From positions 1,110 through 65,109 of the forward strand of contig JACPGB010000017.1 of NCBI GenBank assembly GCA_016182655.1: a stretch of DNA of 64,000 nucleotides, read 5' to 3'. Positions 30,012-40,310 of this stretch are shown here, piece by piece (position 1 is the first letter of the stretch; every line of letters starts with the position of its first letter). The notes beneath the pieces were generated by a model. That model was not told the origin of the DNA, ran no database searches, and saw nothing but the letters and a program-made list of their open reading frames with translations. The translations under genes were made by a program, and so were the position numbers. The DNA comes from Deltaproteobacteria bacterium (lineage in GTDB: Bacteria; Desulfobacterota; GWC2-55-46).

Positions 30012-30569
30012 TTGTTCGTAATAGCTGGTCTTGGAAATCCGGGAGCGGAGTACGAGGATACCCGGCACAACGTCGGTTTCATGCTCGTCGACAGGGCGGC
30101 GCTGGAGTACGGCATAAAGCTCAAGAGGTCGGGGAAGGCGCTTTCAGGGAGAGGCTCGATAAAGGGCGTTGAGGTCGCGCTTTTAAAGCCTCTGACCTAT
30201 ATGAACCTCTCCGGCGAGGCAGTAAGGGCGTTCGTCGAATCCAACGCCGTTTCCGCCGAATCGATCATGGCCGCATACGACGACTGCGACCTGCCGCTCG
30301 GCAGGATCAGGCTCAGGAAGAACGGCGGTAGCGGCGGCCACAGGGGCGTGGAGTCGATGGTCCGCTGTCTCGGGACCAATGATTTCAAGAGGATGCGCCT
30401 CGGCGTCGGCAGGCGCGAGGGCGTCGATACGGCGGAGTATGTACTGAGCCCGTTTGAGCCTGAGGAGAAGGCGGCGGTCGAGGAGATGTTGTCCAAGGCC
30501 CTCGCCGCGCTGGAGGCCGTCGTCGCCGAAGGGATGGATTTAGCCATGAACAGGTTCAACTCGGTCTGA
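30012..30569 (+). CDS. pth: Peptidyl-tRNA hydrolase
   Basis: GLGNPG..Y..TRHNVGF, KPLTYMNLSG, GGHRG. Confidence 0.97.
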   Translation: MFVIAGLGNPGAEYEDTRHNVGFMLVDRAALEYGIKLKRSGKALSGRGSIKGVEVALLKPLTYMNLSGEAVRAFVESNAVSAESIMAAYDDCDLPLGRIRLRKNGGSGGHRGVESMVRCLGTNDFKRMRLGVGRREGVDTAEYVLSPFEPEEKAAVEEMLSKALAALEAVVAEGMDLAMNRFNSV

Positions 30570-30681
30570 GCCCGGCCTTTTTTCCCTCCCCATCCTTTGT
30601 TCTCTCTCATGGTCTGATACCCGGTGGCGTGCCTTTTCAATCACCTCTCCCTTGAAAGCGGAGGCTGGGCGAGGTGAAGCG

Positions 30682-30939
30682 TGCCGGGCGGGCAAATTCG
30701 TAACTAACGGCAAAGGATTCTATTTACCGCGCCGGCTCCGTTCGAGCTTTGGTCGCGCGCCGAGCCCTTGCCGGGCGGGCAAATTCGTAACTAACGGCAA
30801 AGGATTCTATTTACCGCGCCGGCTCCGTTCGAGCTTTGGCCGCGCGCCGAGCCCTTGCCGGGCGGGCAAATTCGTAACTAACGGCAAAGGATTCTATTTA
30901 CCGCGCCGGCTCCGTTCGAGCTTTGGCCGCGCGCCGAGC
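30682..30939. repeat. 87-bp tandem repeat x3 inside a composite palindromic element
   Basis: Near-identical units start at 30682, 30769, 30856 (TGCCGGGCGGGCAAATTCGTAACTAACGG...). Confidence 0.92.
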
Positions 30940-31130
30940 GCCGAGCGCCCTCAATCCCCTCCCATCGAGGGAGGGGAAGTATTGGAAGATGCCCCGAAGC
31001 TTGCGGCGGGGTAGTTCAGTTCATTCCATTAGATACCTGATATACATTCATTTGCCACTTCTGCTGTTTGCGGGTATAATGGCGTCAGTCCGGCTCCTCG
31101 GACTGATCTCGGTCTTCCCACCTTAAAGGA

Positions 31131-33155
31131 GTGCTTATGGACTTCCTTACCTCTGTCTCGCCGCTCGTGGGACTTGGCGGGCTCGTAATGACTCTCTTCA
31201 TCTATCTCCATGTAAGAAGATTGCCTGAAGGAAACGAACGGATGAGGGAGATAGCCTCTCTTATCCACCGCGGCGCGATGGTCTACCTGAAGAGGCAGTA
31301 CTCTATCCTTGCGGTCTTTATAGCGGCCGTTGCCATAGCCGTCTGGGCCTTTATAGGGCCGTACACGGCGCTGGCCTACATAGCAGGGGGGCTCTCTTCC
31401 ATGTTCGCCGGGTTCATAGGCATGAAGGGCGCGACAAAGGCGAACGTGAGGACCGCCGAGGCGGCGAGGGCGCATAAGCCGTCGATGGCGGAGGCCCTTT
31501 CCACGGCGTTTTTCGGCGGCTCTATAATGGGGCTCGCGGTCGCAAGCCTCGGGCTCATCGGCGTGGGCGTGCTGTTCCTGATATTCGGGGACCCGGCGAC
31601 GGCCTCGGTAATAAACGGATACGCGATGGGGGCGTCCTCCATCGCACTCTTCGCAAGAGTCGGGGGCGGCATATACACGAAGACGGCGGACGTCGGAGCT
31701 GACCTCGTCGGGAAGCTCGAGGCCGGGATACCCGAGGACGACCCGAGGAACCCGGGCGTTATAGCCGATAACGTCGGCGACAACGTCGGGGACGTTGCCG
31801 GGCTCGGGGCGGACATATTCGAATCATACGTGGGGTCGATAGTCGCCTCGATAGCCCTCGGGGCCACGGCCATATCAGGCGGCGCGATAGGGGCGCTCGG
31901 GAGCGCTTACGCGCTCATGTCTTATCCGATACTCCTTGTGGCAGCAGGGCTTGTCTCGTCGATGACCGGGATATTCATCCTCCGCATGATCCAGGGGATC
32001 GGCCCGGCCGAGGCGCTAAGGTACACGACACTTGCGACGACGGCTGTTTTCCTCGCCCTCGGGTACTTCGTCACGACGGCTACAGGATTGAGCATCAAGG
32101 TCTATCTTGCGGTCGTGGCCGGGTGTCTTGGCGGCAGTCTTATCGGCCTGATTACCGAGTACTTCACCTCCGCCGGGCCGGTCAGGCGTATCGTAGAATC
32201 CTCCCAGACCGGGCCTGCCACCAACATAATCACGGGATTGGCCGTGGGGCTCGAATCCACGGCCTTGCCGCTGATCTCCATTTGTGTGGCGATATGGATA
32301 GCAAACTACGCGGCAGGGATATACGGGATAGCGGTTGCCGCCGTCGGGATGCTCGCGACGACCGGGATCATAATGAGCGTCGACGCCTACGGCCCGATAG
32401 CCGATAACGCCGGGGGGATAAGCGAGATGAGCGGCCTCGGTGCAGACGTAAGGGCCATAACGGACTCGCTCGACTCGCTCGGCAACACGACCGCGGCCAT
32501 AGGCAAGGGGTTTGCCATAGGCTCGGCGGCGTTGACGGCGCTCGCTCTCTTTTCCGCTTACGGCGAGACCATAAGCGTTGCTACAGGCAGGCCCTTTAAC
32601 GTGTCGCTCACAAGCCCCGGAGTCGTCATAGGCATGCTCTTGGGCGGGGTGATACCGTTCTTCATAGGGGCGCTTACCATGACGAGCGTCGGAAAGGCCG
32701 CCTTCAAGATGGTCCAGGAGATAAGGCGGCAGTTCAGGGAGATACCGGGGCTCCTCGAAGGCAGGGAGGGCGCGAAGCCCGACGTCGATAAATGCATAGA
32801 CATATGCACCAGGGCGGCGCTTCGGGAGATGATAATCCCTGGCATGCTCGCGGTCTTCGCGCCGGTAGTCGTGGGGTTCGTCCTCGGCCCGGAGTCGCTC
32901 GGCGGGATGCTCGCCGGCGCAACCGTTACGGGCGTGCTCCTCGCCGTATTCATGGCCAACGCCGGGGGCGCGTGGGACAACGCCAAAAAATACATAGAGA
33001 AGAGCTCCGGGGGCAAGGGGTCCGACGCGCATAAGGCCGCGGTCGTCGGAGACACCGTCGGCGACCCGTTCAAGGACACATCGGGGCCCGCGATGAACAT
33101 ACTCATAAAGCTCATGTCTATAGTCGCGCTCATAATCGCTCCTCTCATAATTTAG
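31131..33155 (+). CDS. hppA: Membrane-bound pyrophosphatase, K+-dependent, probably Na+-translocating
   Basis: [35 protein letters not shown] (Ala = K+-dependent), ADIFES glutamate position as in Na+-PPases. Confidence 0.93.
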   Translation: MLMDFLTSVSPLVGLGGLVMTLFIYLHVRRLPEGNERMREIASLIHRGAMVYLKRQYSILAVFIAAVAIAVWAFIGPYTALAYIAGGLSSMFAGFIGMKGATKANVRTAEAARAHKPSMAEALSTAFFGGSIMGLAVASLGLIGVGVLFLIFGDPATASVINGYAMGASSIALFARVGGGIYTKTADVGADLVGKLEAGIPEDDPRNPGVIADNVGDNVGDVAGLGADIFESYVGSIVASIALGATAISGGAIGALGSAYALMSYPILLVAAGLVSSMTGIFILRMIQGIGPAEALRYTTLATTAVFLALGYFVTTATGLSIKVYLAVVAGCLGGSLIGLITEYFTSAGPVRRIVESSQTGPATNIITGLAVGLESTALPLISICVAIWIANYAAGIYGIAVAAVGMLATTGIIMSVDAYGPIADNAGGISEMSGLGADVRAITDSLDSLGNTTAAIGKGFAIGSAALTALALFSAYGETISVATGRPFNVSLTSPGVVIGMLLGGVIPFFIGALTMTSVGKAAFKMVQEIRRQFREIPGLLEGREGAKPDVDKCIDICTRAALREMIIPGMLAVFAPVVVGFVLGPESLGGMLAGATVTGVLLAVFMANAGGAWDNAKKYIEKSSGGKGSDAHKAAVVGDTVGDPFKDTSGPAMNILIKLMSIVALIIAPLII

Positions 33156-33282
33156 ATTTATTCTTCCGCATAAATATTGTATTATGGAAGACAAGGCAGG
33201 TGAAAACCTGCCTTGTCTTTTTTGTATTTCTTGCCGTTCCCAGGGGCCGTTCAGCCTTCCTTTGGGTTGAGGGAACAATTTT

Positions 33283-33630
33283 TCACCCTCCCCTCCATCC
33301 CCTCCCGTCAAGGGAGGGGAAGTTTTTTTGGTGGATCACGCGGGGCTACGGAGGTTGTATTCAGCGAACCTTATTTGTAAAGGCGGACAAATCTTATTGT
33401 CCGTCTTTTTGGGGAGCAAAACCCTCGCCTTCAGGCGAAGACTTTCAGTACGCCCGAAGGGGCGGGAGTCGGAATATCCTCCGTCTAAAGCCGGAGGTTT
33501 TATCGAAAAGGTCTGAACTACCACCATCTGAAGATGGTGGTTTCTTACGGGCAGCCGAAGTCGAATTCATTCGACGAGGCGAGTATGCCCGTCAAGCCAT
33601 CGACTTTAGCCGATGGTAAGGAGCTGACTT
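33283..33630. repeat. Cluster of hairpins resembling IS200/IS605-type end remnants
   Basis: GAACTACCACCATCTGAAGATGGTGGTTTC, CCATCGACTTTAGCCGATGG and CCTCCGTCTAAAGCCGGAGG stems; no transposase ORF. Confidence 0.5.
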
Positions 33631-33713
33631 CATAACACGAGCATCGGCTCGTTTCTGAAGGATCCACGGCGGTAAGCCGTTGGTATATATTTCACGAAAG
33701 GAATTGCCTAGAG

Positions 33714-34805
33714 ATGGGATTCAACTGCGGCATCATAGGGCTCCCGAACGTCGGGAAGTCCACCATATTCAACGCCATGACGGCGGCCGGGGCAGAGGCC
33801 TCGAACTATCCGTTCTGCACCATAGACCCGAACATCGGGATGGTGCCGCTTCGCGACGACAGGATGCAGAAACTTGCCGCTCTGGTAAAGCCGGAGCGGG
33901 TCTTGCCGACGGCCGTCGAGTTCGTGGACATCGCGGGTATCGTCAAGGGGGCGTCCAAGGGCGAGGGGCTCGGTAACCAGTTCCTCGGGAACATCAGGAG
34001 CGTAGACACCATTGCGCACGTCGTAAGGTGCTTCGAGGACCCGGGGATCGTCCACGTAGACGGAAGGATCGACCCCAGGGGCGACATAGAGGTGATAGAG
34101 ACGGAGCTCATTCTCGCGGACATGGACTCGGTCGATAAAAGGCTCGATAAGGCCGCGCGTCTGGCCAAGATCGGGGACAAGGCCATGGCAGAGGCGCTTC
34201 CCGTATACAACGAGCTCAAGGCGGCGTTCGAGGCAGGGCGGCCGGCGAGGTCGGTCCTGACAAAAGAGACCGCGCTTATCGTGAAAGACTTGAACCTCCT
34301 TACGGCGAAGCCGATCATCTATGTCGCGAACGTGGGCGAGGACGACCTTGCCGGTACGTCGGAGGCGGCAAAGGCCGTAAGGGATGTCGCGGAAAAGGAG
34401 GGCGCGGGCTTTGTCGTGATATGCGGCAAGATCGAGTCCGAGATCGCCGAACTCTCCGAAGAGGAACGCGCCGAGTTCCTGAAAGGGCTCGGACTTAAGG
34501 AGTCCGGCCTCGACAGGCTGGCCGCCGCGGCGTACGGGTTGCTCGGCCTCATAACCTACTTTACGGCAGGCAAGAAAGAGGTGAGGGCCTGGACTGTCGA
34601 GCGCGACTCGAAGGCCCCGAAGGCCGCCGGGGTCATCCACAGCGACTTCGAGCGCGGTTTCATAAGGGCCGAGGTCATGGCGTACGAGGACTTCGTAAAA
34701 TACGGGTCTGAAGCCGCGTGCAAGGAAAAAGGGGTGTTGAGGGTAGAGGGCAAGGACTACATAGTCAAGGACGGCGATATAATGCACTTCAGGTTCAACG
34801 TGTGA
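33714..34805 (+). CDS. ychF: Ribosome-binding ATPase YchF
   Basis: GLPNVGKST, NYPFCTIDPN, DIAG, GFIRAEV, FRFNV end. Confidence 0.98.
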   Translation: MGFNCGIIGLPNVGKSTIFNAMTAAGAEASNYPFCTIDPNIGMVPLRDDRMQKLAALVKPERVLPTAVEFVDIAGIVKGASKGEGLGNQFLGNIRSVDTIAHVVRCFEDPGIVHVDGRIDPRGDIEVIETELILADMDSVDKRLDKAARLAKIGDKAMAEALPVYNELKAAFEAGRPARSVLTKETALIVKDLNLLTAKPIIYVANVGEDDLAGTSEAAKAVRDVAEKEGAGFVVICGKIESEIAELSEEERAEFLKGLGLKESGLDRLAAAAYGLLGLITYFTAGKKEVRAWTVERDSKAPKAAGVIHSDFERGFIRAEVMAYEDFVKYGSEAACKEKGVLRVEGKDYIVKDGDIMHFRFNV

Positions 34806-34854
34806 GGCCCAGCGACCGAGGCTTGTAGATATGACCTGTATAGTCCTTTTCAGA

Positions 34855-34885
34855 AGCCCCCTGCTTGTTCAGGGGGTTTTTTTTT
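34855..34885 (+). terminator. Rho-independent terminator after ychF
   Basis: AGCCCCCTG-CTTGTT-CAGGGGG followed by a long T run. Confidence 0.85.
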
Positions 34886-34937
34886 GGCGGAGGCACCCAT
34901 TCGTATGAATATTTTCGTGCCGATAATTCCATTTTTC

Positions 34938-34965
34938 TTGACTTTATAAAATAATAATGTATAAT
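34938..34965 (+). promoter_or_regulatory. sigma70-like promoter in an AT-rich tract at the start of the phage-like module
   Basis: TTGACT-16 bp-TATAAT. Confidence 0.55.
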
Positions 34966-35140
34966 AATATGTAAATTTTATATAATTATAAAGAATTTTG
35001 CTAATTTTCAAGCGCCTCATTCTCGGAACCGCCCTCCCAAGTTTCCCTGCTCTGATAAATTCCATAACCGGTCTCAAGAGGGACCGCATGCGCCCAATGG
35101 GGCGCACGGGTTTTCTATTTTTTTAAAGGGGGCTCAAAGC

Positions 35141-35404
35141 GTGGACAAGATAAGGATAGACCCGGACAAGTTCTATGGCGCTCTCAAGGGGAGCGGCGCC
35201 GAGGTAAGGCACCTTTTATGGCCGCTTGCCGACTTAAACCCCAGGGAGAGGTCCGTCTTTACGGAATACCATTACTGGAACACCCACATGAAAGTGATCG
35301 CTACGAGCCACAGAATCTCACTCGGGAGGGCATATGAGATACTCTACAGGGCAGAGGAGAAGGTCGCGTCTTCAAGGACACAGGAGGAGGAGAAGGACCT
35401 TTGA
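35141..35404 (+). CDS. Small protein with sigma-region-4-like HTH
   Basis: L..RERSVF..YH......K.IA....IS..RAY.IL.RA..K pattern. Confidence 0.6.
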   Translation: MDKIRIDPDKFYGALKGSGAEVRHLLWPLADLNPRERSVFTEYHYWNTHMKVIATSHRISLGRAYEILYRAEEKVASSRTQEEEKDL

Positions 35405-35405
35405 G

Positions 35406-35654
35406 GTGAAGGCTGAAAAAGCGGGCGACGGCAAGATGGGCTGGCTCGAGTACAAGACCATGAGGCAGTACCAGTCGATGGGCGACATGCTCGGGGAGAT
35501 GAAGGTGTACGGGTTCGGCGGAGGGGTCGAGAGCATGATAGAGAGAAGCGCTTTCTTGGCGGCTGAGAACGGCTATGGCTGGCTTACCGAGGACCCGCAG
35601 GACAATGAGATGCGGCACTTGCCGGATAGGGGACGGAGAGGCTTCAAGGATTAA
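35406..35654 (+). CDS. Hypothetical protein
   Basis: GTG start right after the upstream stop, GGAGG upstream, host-like codons. Confidence 0.55.
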   Translation: MKAEKAGDGKMGWLEYKTMRQYQSMGDMLGEMKVYGFGGGVESMIERSAFLAAENGYGWLTEDPQDNEMRHLPDRGRRGFKD

Positions 35655-35740
35655 AGAAACTTCGCCAGGGCACATAAGGGAGAGTGTCCGCTAGTCGCGT
35701 ATGCAGAAGCGGGAAGTTTAAAAACTGATTTTTTCGGTTG

Positions 35741-35771
35741 AAAGGCCGGGCGAAATGCCCGGCCTTTTTTA
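35741..35771 (+). terminator. Rho-independent terminator
   Basis: AAAGGCCGGGC-GAAAT-GCCCGGCCTTTTTT. Confidence 0.8.
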
Positions 35772-36149
35772 TTTTATCTAAAGGGTTTGATACCTCGCGG
35801 CTTGCCGCGTGATTTTAAATCGCCGCTCCCTTGAGAGGGAGGCGGGGTGGGGGTGAAGCCCTGCCGGGCGGGCAAAGTTCATATCCAACGATAGCAGAGT
35901 GTTCAGATTATTGTCGTCTCCGGATACTTTGGCCCTGGCCGAAGTCACCCTCCCCTCGATCCCCTCCCGCCCAGGGAGGGGAAGCATAAGGTGATACCCC
36001 GTAGGCTTGCTACGGGGTAGTTCATTTTCAGGTTCATGGGGCTTCAAGAATAAAAAAGCGGGTTTCTTCTTTCAAAATCGTGAGGATTGCGCCGCAGGGG
36101 TAGAAAAAAGACCACACTAAGTAAAATCACACCTGGAGGGGGAGCGGCG

Positions 36150-36323
36150 ATGGAGATGAGCCTTGGTACGAAGTCGGCGGATTTCGGAAAGTGGACGGGC
36201 GGCGGAAGGGGAAGACGGGTGCTTCTGAGAGAACCGGAGCGCTGTGCCGAGTGCAACAGGGTGTATATAAGCCTCTACCCCTTGAGGAGGTGCGAGGAGC
36301 ACGAAGGGCTGGACGAGGTCTAA
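36150..36323 (+). CDS. Small putative Zn-binding protein
   Basis: GGAGG RBS; CAEC...CEEH motif. Confidence 0.55.
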   Translation: MEMSLGTKSADFGKWTGGGRGRRVLLREPERCAECNRVYISLYPLRRCEEHEGLDEV

Positions 36324-36352
36324 GAGGGCGACAAAGACCGGGGGTCAAGGGA

Positions 36353-36790
36353 GTGGCTATAGACTGGAAGGCGGTCAGAAGGGGATTCGAAGCGGGCGAG
36401 ACGGCGATAAGGCTGGCAAAGGCGCACGGATGTCATGAGAGCACGATAAGAAGGCGCGCCAGGAAAGAGGGATGGGTAGCAGAAGACCCGAAGGGGCGGG
36501 ATGGCGAGGCAATACACGATGAGATACTCGTCGACCACAGGGACCTCTGGAAAGGCGTTAAGAAGAGGCTTGTAAGGGGCCTTAGCAACAACGACGCGAA
36601 GGTAGGGCTCGAGGAGCTTAAGGTCGCCAAAATAGCCGGAGAGGTGCTCTCCAGCGTTATCAGGGGAGAGCGCATGGCCTGGGGGCTTGAGGAAGGGCCG
36701 GGGACGACGGATGACGCAAAGGATATTGCCGCGGAGATGGCACGAGTTACGGTTCAACAGGGAGCAGGCGAGGCTCCTATCGGAGAATAA
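36353..36790 (+). CDS. Terminase small subunit-like protein
   Basis: N-terminal HTH (IDWKAVRRGFEAG...LAKAHG..ESTIRRRARKEGW) directly upstream of and overlapping TerL. Confidence 0.75.
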   Translation: MAIDWKAVRRGFEAGETAIRLAKAHGCHESTIRRRARKEGWVAEDPKGRDGEAIHDEILVDHRDLWKGVKKRLVRGLSNNDAKVGLEELKVAKIAGEVLSSVIRGERMAWGLEEGPGTTDDAKDIAAEMARVTVQQGAGEAPIGE

Positions 36791-37976
36791 GAGGTTTGCG
36801 GTAGTGCCGGCCGGGAGAAGGAGCGGGAAGACGGAGATAGCCAAGCGTAAGCTCGTCATGTCGCTCCCGATAAAAAAACCATGGAGCGACCCGAGGTACT
36901 TCGCGGCCGCGCCCACGAGGGACCAGGCAAAGAGGATATTCTGGAGGGACTTGAAGGCCCTCGCTCCTCCGGACTGGATAAAAAAAGTATACGAGACCGA
37001 CCTCTGCATCACGACCGTCTTCGGGAGCGAGCTCCGGGTAGTGGGGCTCGATAAGCCGCAGAGGATAGAAGGCACGCCCTGGGACGGCGGGGTCCTTGAC
37101 GAGTACGCGAACATGAGGACAGAGGCGTGGGCGGAAAACATCAGGCCCGCGCTCTCGGACAGAGGCGGCTGGTGCTGGTTCATAGGCGTGCCCGAAGGGC
37201 TCGATCATTATAAGGAACTCTATGACTATGCGAGGAGCGGCGCGGACGAGGATTGGGGGGCGTACTCCTGGCGATCATCCGAGATACTCCCGCCCGAAGA
37301 GGTAGAGGCGGCAAGGAGAGTGCTGGACCCGAGGACTTTCCGTCAGGAGTACGAGGCGAGTTTCGAGGGGGCCACAGGCAGGGTCTATTACGCATACAGG
37401 GCGGATGTCCACGAGGATGAGTCGATACAGATAGTCGAGCGCCTGCCCATATCCATATGCTGTGACTTCAACGTCGACCCGTGCATATGGGAGATAGCGC
37501 AGACGGACGGGAAAAGGGTCTGGGCAGCCGACGAGATAGTCTTCCGTGACACGAATACCGCCGAGATGGGGAGAGAGGCGTTTGCGAGGTACGGGGACCA
37601 CAAGGGCGGGGTCGTGATATACGGGGACGCGGCAGGCTCGGCCCGCTCGACAGCCGGAAAGAGCGATTACGCGATCCTCTTCGAGATGGGGTTCAGGACA
37701 CAGAGGCTGAAGCGAGCGAACCCGGCTGTAAAGGACAGAGTGAACGCCGTGAACGCGCTCTTAGGGAGCGCCGGGGGTGAAACGAGATTACGGCACCATC
37801 CGAGGTGCGCCGCGCTTCGAAAGGACTTCGAGACGATAGAATGGGCCGGTTCAAACGGGATGGATAAGACGAAAAAAGAGCTTACCCACGCGTCCGACGC
37901 CCTGGGGTACTTCATCGAGTACGAATTCCCCTTGAGGGTACTAAGGCCCGACCCGGCGTCAAGATTCTACAAATAA
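36711..37976 (+). CDS. Terminase large subunit
   Basis: AGRRSGKT Walker A, GVLDE Walker B, FRQEYEASF, DFN nuclease motif, HASDALGY. Confidence 0.95.
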   Translation: MTQRILPRRWHELRFNREQARLLSENKRFAVVPAGRRSGKTEIAKRKLVMSLPIKKPWSDPRYFAAAPTRDQAKRIFWRDLKALAPPDWIKKVYETDLCITTVFGSELRVVGLDKPQRIEGTPWDGGVLDEYANMRTEAWAENIRPALSDRGGWCWFIGVPEGLDHYKELYDYARSGADEDWGAYSWRSSEILPPEEVEAARRVLDPRTFRQEYEASFEGATGRVYYAYRADVHEDESIQIVERLPISICCDFNVDPCIWEIAQTDGKRVWAADEIVFRDTNTAEMGREAFARYGDHKGGVVIYGDAAGSARSTAGKSDYAILFEMGFRTQRLKRANPAVKDRVNAVNALLGSAGGETRLRHHPRCAALRKDFETIEWAGSNGMDKTKKELTHASDALGYFIEYEFPLRVLRPDPASRFYK

Positions 37977-37998
37977 CCGGGAGAGGCACGGAGAAGAG

Positions 37999-39345
37999 AT
38001 GACGAGAGAAGAATTCGACAGGAAGCACCCGTATTATGAGGAGCTCGTCGACGAGTGGAGGTTCCATATACGCTCGTACTTCGGGGGGAGGATGTACAGG
38101 GAGGGGAATTATCTTTTGAAGCACCCCTTCGAGAGCGAGGCCAATTACGCGCGGAGGAAGGAGACGAGCTACTTCTACAACTACTGCGGCCCGATAGTAG
38201 ACACATTCGTCTCGCACCTCTTTAGAAATGACGCGAGGCGGGAGTTCGGGCCCTTGAGCGCCGACCAGCTCTTTGCCGCGTTCCTGAAGGACGCGGACCT
38301 TGATGGGAACACGTTCAGGCACTTCATGCGTGAGGCGCAGAGGTTCGCCTCGATCTACGGGAGGGTATCGATAATCGTTGATAAGCCGAGAGGCGGGACC
38401 ATTACAAGGGCAGAGGCAGAGGCCCTCGGCGTCAGGCCGTACGTGGCGCTCGTGACCCCTGAGAACCTTCTCGACTGGTCGTTCGGCAGGGACTCGACCG
38501 GCAGGATGGCGCTCGAGATGATAAAGGTGAGAGAGTCCCTGGGCGCGCACAGGGTGTGGACCAGGGAGGGTTGGGAGCTCTGGCAGGAGGGGAGCGACGG
38601 CGAGGTGTTTTTAACGGATTCCGGCGAACACGGGCTGGGTGAAGTGCCGGTTGTGAACCTTTATAACAAGCAGTCCGGGATAAGGATGGCCGGGGTCTCG
38701 GACTTAAACGACATAGCCGACATAAACAGGAACATCTACTACCTATGCTCGGACGCGAGAGAAATAATCGAGAACACGGCCTTCCCCATGCTCGCGATAC
38801 CGTACTCGCGGGGGGCCGACAGGGGAGACAAAGAGGTCGGCCCGCACAACATCCTCCAGTTCGACCCGGAGCTCCCTAATGGGAGGCCGTACTGGCTCGA
38901 GGCGCCGCACTCGTCCCTGACCGAGATAAGGGAGTGGGTGAGAAACGACATAGCCGAGATATACAGGATTGCTAGGATGGGAGGGGCGAGGGCGACTGAG
39001 GATTCAAGGCAGGCGAGGTCCGGCGCGGCGCTCGAAGTGGAGCAGAGGCAACTCCACTCGGCATTGAGCGAGAAGGCCGATAACCTCGAACAGGCGGAGA
39101 CGAGGGTCCTTGAGCTCTGGGCGAAGTGGGAGGGGAGGGCGTTCGAAGGGACGATAGACTACCCCGACGACTTCTCCGTCCGCGATCTCGAAAGCGACAT
39201 CGGCGCGGCAATAAGCGCGCAAACTGCGCGGGTAGACTCGGAAACATTCAAAAAAGAGCTTCAGAGGAAGATAGCGTTCGCGGTCCTGCCGAAGCTCGAC
39301 GAAGGCGTGAAGGCCCGCATAAACGAAGAGATAGCCGGTGCGTAA
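37999..39345 (+). CDS. Phage portal protein (SPP1 gp6-like)
   Basis: Position after TerL, 448 aa, NYCGPIVD, HGLGEVPVV, SGAAL motifs. Confidence 0.85.
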   Translation: MTREEFDRKHPYYEELVDEWRFHIRSYFGGRMYREGNYLLKHPFESEANYARRKETSYFYNYCGPIVDTFVSHLFRNDARREFGPLSADQLFAAFLKDADLDGNTFRHFMREAQRFASIYGRVSIIVDKPRGGTITRAEAEALGVRPYVALVTPENLLDWSFGRDSTGRMALEMIKVRESLGAHRVWTREGWELWQEGSDGEVFLTDSGEHGLGEVPVVNLYNKQSGIRMAGVSDLNDIADINRNIYYLCSDAREIIENTAFPMLAIPYSRGADRGDKEVGPHNILQFDPELPNGRPYWLEAPHSSLTEIREWVRNDIAEIYRIARMGGARATEDSRQARSGAALEVEQRQLHSALSEKADNLEQAETRVLELWAKWEGRAFEGTIDYPDDFSVRDLESDIGAAISAQTARVDSETFKKELQRKIAFAVLPKLDEGVKARINEEIAGA

Positions 39346-39577
39346 TCGCAATATGCGCGCGGATTTCGGGATGGACGCGGAGGCCCCTGACAAGATCGCA
39401 AGGCGCGTCCTTCTTGAGGCAAGGAATTCGATCATAGATGCCATGGGCGCGGGCGAATGGAACAGGCTTACGACCAGGGAGAAGGCATATGTCTGCCGCA
39501 AGGCGGCAAAATGTCTCCATGATATGGAGAGGGTTTTGGAGTTCATGTCGTACGAGACGGACGAACGCCGCCTGTAA
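39338..39577 (+). CDS. Hypothetical phage protein
   Basis: 79-aa ORF coupled to the portal stop. Confidence 0.55.
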   Translation: MRNRNMRADFGMDAEAPDKIARRVLLEARNSIIDAMGAGEWNRLTTREKAYVCRKAAKCLHDMERVLEFMSYETDERRL

Positions 39578-39637
39578 ATGCCAGAACCCCGGGGCATGGC
39601 GCGGCGGACGGAAACGAGGGGGGAGGAGGGATTCGAT

Positions 39638-40291
39638 ATGCAGGTTGACGAACTTAAAACGGTATCAACGGACTCGAACGCCGGGGACGAGGGCAGGATC
39701 AGTTTTCAGCCGGAGCAACAGGCGAAGGTCCAGGCGCTCATAGACGAGGCGTACAGAAAGGCGTACGCCAAGGCCTCGAAGCGGCCGTCGTCGGAAGAGG
39801 TCGAGAGGCTGAAAACCGAGGTCGAAAGGCTGAAGGAAGATAAGAAGTCTGCGGTGCTCTTAAGATCGATTTCCCGGCACGGCGTCGTCGACGCCGAAGA
39901 GGTCGCCGAGCTCCTCAAAAGGCGCTTAAGGCTCGACGAGGGCGGCGAGGCCATCGTCACAAACGACTCGGGGGCGACGATGGTGAACAGCATGGGAGGG
40001 CCGATGTCCGTAGACGAGTTCGTCTCCGGCTGGCTCTCGGAGAGGCCGCACCACTTAAGGCCCGCCTCTACCGCCGGGGCCGGGTCGCAGGGCGCGAGGT
40101 TCTCGTTCGGCTCCCGGAGGCACAACCTCTCGGACCCGCTCTCCTGGAGGGAGATGCCGAGGGAAGACCTCGACAGGCTCTTGAAGGACGGGGTCTCCGT
40201 GCAGGGCTCGGCGGGGCAGAGTTACGGGTTCAGGGACATAAAGAACCCGTTCCTCGAGGCGAGGAAAAGGAAGTTCCAATCGGCGGTTTAA
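39638..40291 (+). CDS. Capsid scaffolding protein
   Basis: Coiled-coil, F..EQ...I motif, ..PHHL..AGAGSQG tail; directly before the capsid gene. Confidence 0.75.
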   Translation: MQVDELKTVSTDSNAGDEGRISFQPEQQAKVQALIDEAYRKAYAKASKRPSSEEVERLKTEVERLKEDKKSAVLLRSISRHGVVDAEEVAELLKRRLRLDEGGEAIVTNDSGATMVNSMGGPMSVDEFVSGWLSERPHHLRPASTAGAGSQGARFSFGSRRHNLSDPLSWREMPREDLDRLLKDGVSVQGSAGQSYGFRDIKNPFLEARKRKFQSAV

Positions 40292-40310
40292 AAAAGAAGG
40301 AGGTTCATAG

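Noticed and set aside
30682-30939. CRISPR array or the 120-aa repeat ORF at 30652-31014
   Set aside because: Whole 87-bp units are near-identical with no spacers; the ORF is a by-product of a unit length divisible by three.
9234-34787. Long antisense ORFs (e.g. 11591-12622, 12961-14031, 32016-33311, 33708-34787)
   Set aside because: Shadow frames of well-supported GC-rich genes, with no recognisable motifs.
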